Source: a virus. From it: 64,000 nucleotides of DNA. The notes below the pieces were generated by a model. That model was given only the letters and a program-made list of their open reading frames with translations. It had not been told where the DNA came from and made no database searches. Position 1 is the first letter of the stretch. Each line of letters opens with the position of its first letter. The stretch covers positions 3,779 through 67,778 of the IMG/VR virus record IMGVR_UViG_3300009431_000015. The stretch is one strand, 5' to 3'. The position numbers and the translations under genes are program-made. Of this stretch, positions 43,273 through 51,920 are shown one piece after another.

Positions 43273-44754
43273 TTATTTCCTCGATTTAATTATTTCATTA
43301 CAGAGAAACGAACAGAACATGCCGCATTTTAAATTTCCATCTGGGAATACGTCAGCATTATCTCTCAATAGATCACTCCACGTTTTAAATAGATGTGGCT
43401 TATCCAATGGACACGTTATCAAATTCACCTTATTTAGTGCTTTACGAAGAGAACTACTTTTGTTCATTGTTCTTCCGTAAATTACTTTATTTGTTAAGAA
43501 ATGTTTTGCTTCAGCTAGAGTACTTTTGATATTATCTGTTTTCTTTTTTAATATTTTAATTATGACTTCATCAGAAAGCTGTAACTTAAAGTCCTTTGGA
43601 GAAACTCGTGATAATTGTTTATTCACCCTGTCTCTCAGTGTGAAAATTTTTTTCATGCTGATGTCCCTTCGGCCAGTTCCTACTCTATCAGCCATACGCA
43701 AATCCAACAACGTATGTATATTATCTGGGCCTACTTTTGCAATTAATTTCCTTATTGATTGGTCACTTACTTTATAAGACGCATCAAATAAATGACTTTT
43801 TATATATAGAACTTCCTTTTCAATCTGCTGTCTATTGAACCCCCAGCGTTGCAGTATTCTTTCTGCAATATACGCTCCGGCATTTTCATGATTGTAAAAA
43901 TGTAATCCACTTTCCGTATAAACCTCTGTGTAAGGTTTGCCTATATCATGCAATAATGCAGCCATTCTTAGCAAGAGTAAATTTTTTGCTTGTAAACTAA
44001 CTCCATCCAGTGCATACATAATGTGTTGAAATAGGTCTAGACCTTCTTTTTTATTAGATTGTTTGACATTTATACAATCTCGTAATTCAGGGAAGAATGG
44101 ATCAATAAGTTTAGTGTTTCTCAGGATTTTAAACACTATACTAGGTTTTTCGACCCTAGTCATTAGCTTAACTACTTCCGGATATACTTGTTTTGGGTGT
44201 ACAGGTAAAATTTTTAATCGATGTTCATTTATTGAACGATGTGCTTCATGATCTAGTCTCCACCCATTGCCAAATAATCCACAGAATATAGCTCCACGAA
44301 GAAGTCTAATCTTTGATTCAAGTATTCTGGTGGTAGGGTCTCCTACGAATCTTATAATCTTATTTTTTATATCTTTACGTCCATTATGAAAATCAAACCA
44401 TGTACCACTCAATGGATCATAATACAGTGCGTTTACCGTAAAGTCTCTTGTATTAGAGTCTCTGAATAATTCATTAACATACTCGTAGTTAAAATAAGTA
44501 TTAACTAGTTTTATCTCTTTCAGTGGATACAAAACGAAATCCTGATTAAGATAGTTTATAGTAATACTCACATCGTACTCGTTTACACGAATTACTTTGG
44601 GTTTTAATACTTTACTTAGCCTCGTCAGTGTAGCATTAACAGCTACATCATAATTGATTATGTCTCTGCCCATAAATAAATCACGGGCAGTTCCTCCACA
44701 AATCCAAGATTGTAAATTATGATTTCTTAAAAGTTTTGTTATTTGTTTTATCAT
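43273..44754 (-). CDS. cca: CCA-adding tRNA nucleotidyltransferase with HD domain
   Basis: GGTARD, NYDV, RDFTVNAL, GDP...RLLR, LLHDIGKP, FYNHE, RMADR. Confidence 0.85.
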   Translation of the reverse strand: MIKQITKLLRNHNLQSWICGGTARDLFMGRDIINYDVAVNATLTRLSKVLKPKVIRVNEYDVSITINYLNQDFVLYPLKEIKLVNTYFNYEYVNELFRDSNTRDFTVNALYYDPLSGTWFDFHNGRKDIKNKIIRFVGDPTTRILESKIRLLRGAIFCGLFGNGWRLDHEAHRSINEHRLKILPVHPKQVYPEVVKLMTRVEKPSIVFKILRNTKLIDPFFPELRDCINVKQSNKKEGLDLFQHIMYALDGVSLQAKNLLLLRMAALLHDIGKPYTEVYTESGLHFYNHENAGAYIAERILQRWGFNRQQIEKEVLYIKSHLFDASYKVSDQSIRKLIAKVGPDNIHTLLDLRMADRVGTGRRDISMKKIFTLRDRVNKQLSRVSPKDFKLQLSDEVIIKILKKKTDNIKSTLAEAKHFLTNKVIYGRTMNKSSSLRKALNKVNLITCPLDKPHLFKTWSDLLRDNADVFPDGNLKCGMFCSFLCNEIIKSRK

Positions 44755-45092
44755 TATTCTATTACCTTTGATCCGTCATCAGCAAACATTACCCCAGTGC
44801 ATTCCGTAACCATGCCTAATCTGAGATTATCAGGTCTTGGAACCCATTTATCGCATACACAGGTTCCGTGAGTTCGTGGCCACGTTTCGATTTCTTCCAT
44901 ATTTACTGTAAATTTTTTACCAGGAATACGTATTCCCAGCCCACACCAACCACACCTAAATAGATTATGTTTAAAATAAGAGTATGCACAGTTTATACAA
45001 CAGTTTACGATGCGATAACTATACCTTTGGTCTTCTTGATTTTCTTCTCCTTGTTCATTTAAAAAATCAAAATTATAATCTGGAGTTGTCAT
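44754..45092 (-). CDS. Cys-rich hypothetical protein
   Basis: CCINC...CGWC...CVCDKW. Confidence 0.6.
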   Translation of the reverse strand: MTTPDYNFDFLNEQGEENQEDQRYSYRIVNCCINCAYSYFKHNLFRCGWCGLGIRIPGKKFTVNMEEIETWPRTHGTCVCDKWVPRPDNLRLGMVTECTGVMFADDGSKVIE

Positions 45093-45094
45093 CT

Positions 45095-45256
45095 TTACCT
45101 ACAACTATTTAGAAATTCAGTGCGTTCGTCACGGCTCAAATTCTGTGGCATTACGTTTACAAAACCACTACCAGTGACAATTAATTGGGTGTTGCGTTCT
45201 TCTGTTTTCGAATCTAGATTTTTTATTGTCTTTAATTTTCCTTGTTTATTTTTCAT
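45095..45256 (-). CDS. 53-aa hypothetical protein (not in ORF track)
   Basis: MKNKQGKLKTIKNLDSKTEERNTQLIVTGSGFVNVMPQNLSRDERTEFLNSCR*; tiles between neighbours. Confidence 0.5.
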   Translation of the reverse strand: MKNKQGKLKTIKNLDSKTEERNTQLIVTGSGFVNVMPQNLSRDERTEFLNSCR

Positions 45257-45257
45257 T

Positions 45258-47089
45258 TCATGCCTCATCTTTTAAGTTTTTAAATATTCTGTTTCTGAAG
45301 TAGAATTGATGTTTAAGCAGATCTACTCTATAATCGACAAAATCAACTATTTCTGCTGAAGTTTTACCTTTGGATATTCTCATTAACCTTCCAGCTGTTT
45401 GTCTAAGCACTACTTTTGATTTCATAGGTCCACAAAGAAATAATACCTCCAACCGTGGAACATCCACTCCAGTAGAAAACAGTCCATATGTACTACATAC
45501 TATTTTTTTTGTTCCGGCAACCAGAGCTTCCATAGCTGCTACTCTGTCTTTTTTCTTTGTTCGTGCTGTTAAGGCTACTGCGTCTTCTCCCAAAGCTTTT
45601 GCTAAAAAATTTACTTGTTCTACGCGAGAGCACAGGAAACAACAATGTTTATCTTTGTAATCTTTTTTGTGCGTATTTAGTATTAACCTGTTTCTTTCTT
45701 CGTCCATGGATAAATCTGTTATCATTGCTTGATACTCTTGAGTATCAAAAAGCGGGAAATAGTAGTTAGTATCGATACGACGATAGGTTGGCATTATTAG
45801 AACATCTTTAAGTTTTTCCATTGGTACTTTGTGAATTGTAGGTCCAGTAGCAAAATGTATAACATCTGTTAGTCCATCAGATCGGTACGGAGTTGATGAG
45901 AATCCGTATTTGTATTTGGATTGCAGTTTATTCATGGTAGCATAGTATTTATTTGCTGCCACGATGTGTCATAGTGTTATCTTAAAGGCTTTTTATCCTT
46001 TAATTCTTATAATTAGCTTATAAGTTCGGCGTACATTTTCATCTTATATTTACAATACTTAGATGCAGGACACTCTTGGGAATATTATATTTATTCAATT
46101 CCTACGCTCTACACTACTAATTAACCTTGCGTAATTTAATTAGTTAGCACGATGTTGGCTCCTAGAATAGCTTTCTTTATTAAAGAGAGATTGACAACGT
46201 TGACAATAGATATTTAACATATCATATGTTTTGGATTTTCTATTTTTGCTTAGTTTAGAAAAATTATTTATTGTTAATTTTTGTTTACAACGTTTACAAA
46301 CTTTCCCATTAGTTTTTTCATAAGCTATTCTTTCAGCTTTCTTCGTTTTTGCCCTGTCATGATCTATAAGCTTTTGCTCATAGACGGCACATGCTTCTTT
46401 AAATATTTTCGTACCTCATCTGCAATAACCATTCCAAAATTTTTATTAATTTGAGCAAATCGTTCTGAAGAAAGCCTGTACATAGTTTGATGCAGGGCAA
46501 CAGATATAGGTTTAATTTCAAACTTACCGTCTCCTATTATTCCAATATCTTTTCTTTTAATATTTGTAAAATTTAAAAATTTGTCTATTGTTTGATTTAC
46601 TAATTCTTTAGTATGTACTAGGATTAAAGTAGGCTGTTTTCTTTTTAGTGTAAGTGCCACAAAACAAATAGTTTTTCCTGAAGCCGTCATAGCTTCTATA
46701 ATTCCAATACTTCTGCTCATACAAGCATTAACTACTTCTTGTTGGTAATCTCTTAACTTTCCTGTAAAATTTAATTTAGAGAAAAATCGTTTATATACAT
46801 CACCATCAATAGTTATTCTATTATCTATAATGTCTTTTTTCCTAATCGCTATTCCAGCTTCTTTTAGTATTTCGAGTATTTCACTAAAAATTCCAACAGG
46901 GATTATAAGTCCATTAGTAGTTTCATCGTAATATAGAAGGTCATACTGTTCTCCCCACGTAGAAAGGCCTAAATCTATTTTTCGTTTAATCAATGGATTA
47001 CTTATTGTCAACCTTTCTTTAATTTTTTTTGTCAACCTGGGGCCTAAGTTAGAGCCTAAGTTAACGCGATTGTTTACAATTATTTCCAT
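45258..47089 (-). CDS. SF2 (UvsW/XPB-like) helicase, two exons 47089-46413 and 45969-45258, 462 aa spliced
   Basis: LRDYQ, MTASGKT; splicing gives IADEVHI; SSTPYRSDG, STGVDVP, QTAGRLMR. Confidence 0.9.
45970..46412 (-). mobile_element. Group I intron (443 nt) in the helicase DExH motif
   Basis: GGT|AC pairs with GTGCC (U-G at splice site); P3 CAGGGC/GTCCTG; R-like GTAGAGCGTA and S-like AATGTACGCC; terminal G at 45970. Confidence 0.85.
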
Positions 47090-47193
47090 CTATGTAATTG
47101 GTTTTTTAATATAAAAGAAACGCCCACAAATCAATAAGTAACGCGCGAGTGTTTCTTTTTCATCACACGTCTAAATTCTAGGTACAAGTCTTG

Positions 47194-47415
47194 TTAACAC
47201 CCTTTTGTAAACTTATTACAACTAATTATTTTATGTCCATAAAGTACAGACTTGTTTGCAAGTAAACATGTGGCTGCAATGAATTCTTTTCCATCGTTTT
47301 CACTCTGCAACGTTTGTCTTAAAAGGTATTTACAATCTGCGCAGCTATTGACTTCACCTTCACCTTCACTTTCACAAGAACCAAATATAATGTTAAATAA
47401 ATCAAAATCTGACAT
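47194..47415 (-). CDS. Small Cys-containing hypothetical protein
   Basis: 73 aa, CADC...C...C; AGGAG RBS; first gene of the minus block. Confidence 0.6.
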   Translation of the reverse strand: MSDFDLFNIIFGSCESEGEGEVNSCADCKYLLRQTLQSENDGKEFIAATCLLANKSVLYGHKIISCNKFTKGC

Positions 47416-47440
47416 TTTCTTCTCCTATATAATTTATAAC

Positions 47441-47503
47441 ATAATATATTCATAATTCTTATACCATATTTTTCTTGTTTTTTGTTTATTTATTTCATAT
47501 ATT
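47441..47503. promoter_or_regulatory. Divergent promoter region
   Basis: Minus: AACAAAAAACAAGAAAAATATGGTATAAGAATTATGAATATA; plus: TTGTTT-17 nt-TATATT (47475-47503). Confidence 0.5.
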
Positions 47504-47543
47504 ATAATCAAATCTATTAATTGCAACCAATCAAGGAAAAATC

Positions 47544-48047
47544 ATGGCTGAAAAACAAAAGAAAACAAGTAAGGACAAACAAGTAGTTGAATTTAACCCA
47601 ACACCTATTTTAGAAGAGATATTCGAAAAAGGGTACGCAACTAAAAAAATTGAAGTTCTCCCAGGGAAATTACAAGCTGTCGTTAGAAATGTGTCAGCGC
47701 AGGATCAACTCGATATAGAGAAGGAAATAGATTCTGTAAAAGGTAGCTATACTTTTATACTTCACACTTACAGTATAGATCTTCTCAGTGTAACGCTTTT
47801 ATCATATGGTGACAAAGAGTTCAATACTAGAGAAGAAGCAAAAGCATTTCTAACCGATAAAACTACTACCAGTTTAGTTATCAATAAACTGGTAAGGGAA
47901 CAAAATATCTTCGATAAAGAAGTGGCAATGGCGTTAGGACTTGATAATATCGAAACAGCTTTTTTCGACCAGGGCCAGCCGCCAACCGGGCCCGAGCCAT
48001 TGCAAGAGGAGTTAACCTTGGAGAAAAAGGAAGCCTCAGGGAAATAG
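47544..48047 (+). CDS. Tail assembly chaperone (gpG-like)
   Basis: 167 aa upstream of tape measure; slippery T TTT TTC at 47960-47966. Confidence 0.75.
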   Translation: MAEKQKKTSKDKQVVEFNPTPILEEIFEKGYATKKIEVLPGKLQAVVRNVSAQDQLDIEKEIDSVKGSYTFILHTYSIDLLSVTLLSYGDKEFNTREEAKAFLTDKTTTSLVINKLVREQNIFDKEVAMALGLDNIETAFFDQGQPPTGPEPLQEELTLEKKEASGK

Positions 48048-48415
48048 TAACTCTGAGATATCTTGAAGAGGAAAAGTATTTAAGATATTTAGAGACTCTT
48101 ATCTCAGCTAAAGCGGCGATGCTTGATAGGACGGCAACGAAAGAAGTTGAATTGTATAATAATTTAGTAAAGGAATACACTAATTTATTATTTCAAGATG
48201 ACGGTAACACAAAAACTAAAACAGATTTGACTGAAGAGCAATATAATAAGCGCATGGATGTATTAAAAGGAGCATTTAAAGGAAACGCTGGTAAAACTAA
48301 TAAAACTCCACCGCAACCTGTCGGAATAAAAACTAAAGTAGGAACACCTATTGATAAAAACCTTCAATTAGATAACATAGATATTAAAAGCGCTTTTAAT
48401 AAAATAACGGAATAG
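47544..48415 (+). CDS. Tail assembly chaperone -1 frameshift product (gpGT-like, ~290 aa)
   Basis: The -1 frame from 47966 (RPGPAANRARAIARG...) is open and continuous with ORF 48119-48415; GGGCC/GGCCC stem 5 nt downstream of the slip site. Confidence 0.8.
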
Positions 48416-48419
48416 CATT

Positions 48420-51400
48420 ATGCCAGAATTAGAAGAAACCCTAAAGTACAGAATACAACTAGATGATACTGATTTAGGCTCCCAACTAGATCAAATTCGT
48501 GATAGAGTAAACATAGGTATGGCTGCAACAGCGATGGATAGGGGAACCCTGCCTAGAGCAGTTGACTTATTAGCTCCTACTCCTACTGGGTTCGTAACGG
48601 ATCCGGCTGCTGAGTTTGGTGGACAAGTAGATGCTAATTTTTGGCAAAAATTAACTAGTGGTGGTCCTGGAGGATTTTTACAAAGTGTAGCTGGCCAATT
48701 AGATGAGGCTGCTCAACGTACTCAGTTAGGATATCACCGTTTTACTAGTGATATGCGTAGGTTAGGGCTAATGACACCTACGCCAGCGGCGCCAGAATTA
48801 CTACCAATGCCTGGACCAGGTGGGGGTAGTTTGCCAGAGGGGTTAGCACAAAGTCTTAGAGCTATACTTTCGCCTCAATATGGTGGATTTGACGTAAGAG
48901 GGCCAATTACTCCCCATGAATATAGACAACCGGCTGTCGCCAACATTGGGGAGTCTGTCGGTGATTTCGTAACTGGGAACATGGGCGCTATTGCGGGCAC
49001 CACCATTGGTGCTATTGGGGGCCCTGGTGGAGCCTTTGTAGGTTGGGGAATTGGTGGGCTTGTTGACATTGGGTTGTCACCGATCATAGCTCCTGCTAGA
49101 GAAAGGGAACAATTGGCTACAGGGATAAGACAGTTAGCAAGAGCGAATAGAGTCCAAATCTCTCGTGGAGAATCAAGAGACATAGTCAGAGAAATGCAGG
49201 AAAGAACTAACACATTTTCCGGGATAGCCGGGGGAGAGAGTATAGAAGAATACCAGGAAAACATTCTAGGGTTTGCCCAAGCTGGTGGGTTAACTGGGGC
49301 CAGAGGATTCGATGATCTCAGAGATAGAATTAGAGGAGTGCTAGATAATACCAGACAAGTTCAACAAGATCTAAATGTCTTTGCTGATGAAGCTGTTCAG
49401 ATAATGGGGCAGATTCAACAAAAAATGTTAGGTACTTCTGAAGGCATAACTGGTTTAACAGCACAAGCACGATTTATTGGTGGAGCTACAGGTATGCAGC
49501 CCATGGAAGTACTAAATTTAGGGTTACAAGGCGCCCAAATGGTAGCCGGTACTGGCATTACAGGCAGAGCTGGAATGATGATGGCATGGGATGCAAGGAT
49601 GCAGGCTGAGCGGCTAGCGCAGGCTACTGACCCGTATACACAGCAAATGGTAGCTGGCGCCGGAGGCGCTAACTCAGTTGCCCAGATGTTGACTGAAAGT
49701 ACCATAAGATGGGGCCTTTCCGGCCAAGGGTCAATGGGATTAGCCGCTATAATGGGTGGGTATACTCCAGGATCAGGCATGAGAAACTTACTTAATACCG
49801 CAGCAGGTGTGTTTAGAGACCCAACTACGTTGTATACATTTCCAGCTGTGCAGCCAAGGTTATTTGAAGGCATGGATCCCGGAGAAAGGCAGGTTACTCT
49901 AATGGGAACCGTTATAGACGAACTAGATCTGTTAGGAGTAGATATAACTCCCGAGTCTATACAAGCCAATCTAATGCGCAAGGGGTTTACCTGGCAAGAG
50001 GCATACCACCAAAAAGAAGCATTCTTACGCTCTGGAGAACGGGATGTTGCTGGTGAACGAATGGGGAAACTGTTTACTGAAGTTCAAGGTAGAGTTGAAG
50101 CAAGAACATTGGGTCCTTTAGATAGACTAAGAGGTGTAATAGGTAGTTTTATCACGGAATCGCCCTTTGGTGGAGTTGCTGGATTGGTAGAGTCTGCAGG
50201 TGAAGAAATAGTTGGTTTTGGTAGATCGGTAGGCAGAGGTATAGAAAAGGCACTTTCACCCGGAACTGTTTTTTTCGATCCTGAAGGTATTTCTCAGGAT
50301 GTTTCTACCGAAATGAGATTGATGAATAAAGAAATAGTTGCAGATTTGAGAACTAAGTATCAGCAAAATCCCGAAGAACTTACTGCGGCTATTGCAGCAG
50401 AAGATTGGAAAAGATTTATAAAAAGGAATACTAGAAATGAATTTAGATTAAGACGCGGTCCATATGATACATCTGGAGCCGGGGGAGCAACAGAAGGGGA
50501 TATTGTAACAACTGGACCTTTAGAAGGGCTTTCTGATGAATATATAAAGGCATTTAAGGAATTATCTTTTAATTTTGATACAGATTCTCAAGACAGGCTT
50601 GTAAAAAAATTTCAGGAATGGCATACTGGCGGTATAGACATAAAAGATGCTAGAACATGGGTTAACAACCTTGATAAGTTTAACCCTGCTGGGGTTAACA
50701 CTACTTCTTCAGAATATATAAACGAGTCAAAGGAATTAGTAAATGAAGTTCTAACTACAAACTTTACTGGGGTTAACAGTATAGCCTCTGGACAGAAGGT
50801 AGCAAGAATTGTGTCAAAAGGTAGAACAAATGATATAAATAAGTTAAGCCCAACTGAGAGAAGTTATGCTGGTGACGCTATACAGCAAAGTCCAACCTTG
50901 ACTAAAAAAATATATGGTGGGTTAAGACCAAATGAGTATCAATCTACTGATAAAGAAGCCCGAGCTATAGAGTATGGCCTTGAGGTCTCTGCAAGGGATT
51001 TGGAAAAACAAATTGAAACTGGTGTTACTAGATCGTTAGGTATGGACAGTGAGGGCATGGCTAATAAAATTTTTGAAGAGCTACCACCGACTATACGAGA
51101 AGACCTTTTGGGAGATATGACTGGGGCAAGCGAAGTATCTAGGGAATTGGCTGCAAAAAGACTTATACGGTCAAAAATTGTTTTAGGTAGAGAAGATGTA
51201 GCAAAAGACATAATGGAAGATATACAAAAAGGGGTTCCTTACAAAGAGCAACGGGAAGATATACTTGAAACTGAAAAAAAATTAGAATATAGAACAACAT
51301 TTTTTGGTACAGGTTTAGATGAAAAAATAGAGCTTGAAACTAAAAAGTACTTATTAGAGCCCCAACAAAGCAATATAGAAAAAGGGGAAGCCATTGGACA

Positions 51401-51911
51401 GCTAATAAAGGCGGAACCTATAATTAGTAAAGTAATGCAAACTTATAAAGAGGCTGGCGCAGGAGAAGGCGTTGTATTAGACGCCGCTTCTGAAAGAGCT
51501 TTACGTGGCGTAGTGACTGCCCGTGTTTTCCAAGGAATGGAATTGGGAGAGTCATATAATATCGAGAAACCTGAAGATGTAAAAGGATTACTTGGTTTAG
51601 CAGCAGAGGATGTTCAAAAGGGTTTAGTGACTCAAAAGCATATGAAATATTTACAAACAAAAGTTGGGCCGAGTACATTAGAAAGCAAATTTGGGTTTAA
51701 ACCAGAAGAGATAGAAGAGGTCAAGTCTCCAACAGTTGTGGATGAAAAAGAAGCTGTTAAAGAAACATATGGTTTGTTAAGCTCTGTGATAGATGGAGAG
51801 AAAACTATGAATGTATCGGTTAAAGGCTCTTCTTTGGATTACAAAAATAAGGTTCAATCAGAATCTGGTATAGGTCATAACAAAGTACCACAAAGTTCAT
51901 TTGGAAGATAG
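48420..51911 (+). CDS. Tape measure protein
   Basis: 1163 aa, Gly/Ala-rich helical with GAIAGTTIGAIGGPGGAFVG; follows frameshifted chaperone. Confidence 0.8.
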   Translation: MPELEETLKYRIQLDDTDLGSQLDQIRDRVNIGMAATAMDRGTLPRAVDLLAPTPTGFVTDPAAEFGGQVDANFWQKLTSGGPGGFLQSVAGQLDEAAQRTQLGYHRFTSDMRRLGLMTPTPAAPELLPMPGPGGGSLPEGLAQSLRAILSPQYGGFDVRGPITPHEYRQPAVANIGESVGDFVTGNMGAIAGTTIGAIGGPGGAFVGWGIGGLVDIGLSPIIAPAREREQLATGIRQLARANRVQISRGESRDIVREMQERTNTFSGIAGGESIEEYQENILGFAQAGGLTGARGFDDLRDRIRGVLDNTRQVQQDLNVFADEAVQIMGQIQQKMLGTSEGITGLTAQARFIGGATGMQPMEVLNLGLQGAQMVAGTGITGRAGMMMAWDARMQAERLAQATDPYTQQMVAGAGGANSVAQMLTESTIRWGLSGQGSMGLAAIMGGYTPGSGMRNLLNTAAGVFRDPTTLYTFPAVQPRLFEGMDPGERQVTLMGTVIDELDLLGVDITPESIQANLMRKGFTWQEAYHQKEAFLRSGERDVAGERMGKLFTEVQGRVEARTLGPLDRLRGVIGSFITESPFGGVAGLVESAGEEIVGFGRSVGRGIEKALSPGTVFFDPEGISQDVSTEMRLMNKEIVADLRTKYQQNPEELTAAIAAEDWKRFIKRNTRNEFRLRRGPYDTSGAGGATEGDIVTTGPLEGLSDEYIKAFKELSFNFDTDSQDRLVKKFQEWHTGGIDIKDARTWVNNLDKFNPAGVNTTSSEYINESKELVNEVLTTNFTGVNSIASGQKVARIVSKGRTNDINKLSPTERSYAGDAIQQSPTLTKKIYGGLRPNEYQSTDKEARAIEYGLEVSARDLEKQIETGVTRSLGMDSEGMANKIFEELPPTIREDLLGDMTGASEVSRELAAKRLIRSKIVLGREDVAKDIMEDIQKGVPYKEQREDILETEKKLEYRTTFFGTGLDEKIELETKKYLLEPQQSNIEKGEAIGQLIKAEPIISKVMQTYKEAGAGEGVVLDAASERALRGVVTARVFQGMELGESYNIEKPEDVKGLLGLAAEDVQKGLVTQKHMKYLQTKVGPSTLESKFGFKPEEIEEVKSPTVVDEKEAVKETYGLLSSVIDGEKTMNVSVKGSSLDYKNKVQSESGIGHNKVPQSSFGR

Positions 51912-51920
51912 GTAAATTAT

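Noticed and set aside
45258-47089. Two separate helicase genes or an assembly error
   Set aside because: Precise intron removal restores the reading frame and the DEVH motif
47113-47160. Hairpin AAAAGAAACGC...GTGTTTCTTTT as a terminator
   Set aside because: AT-rich stem with a large loop whose G-U pair favours the strand opposite to local transcription; too weak to call
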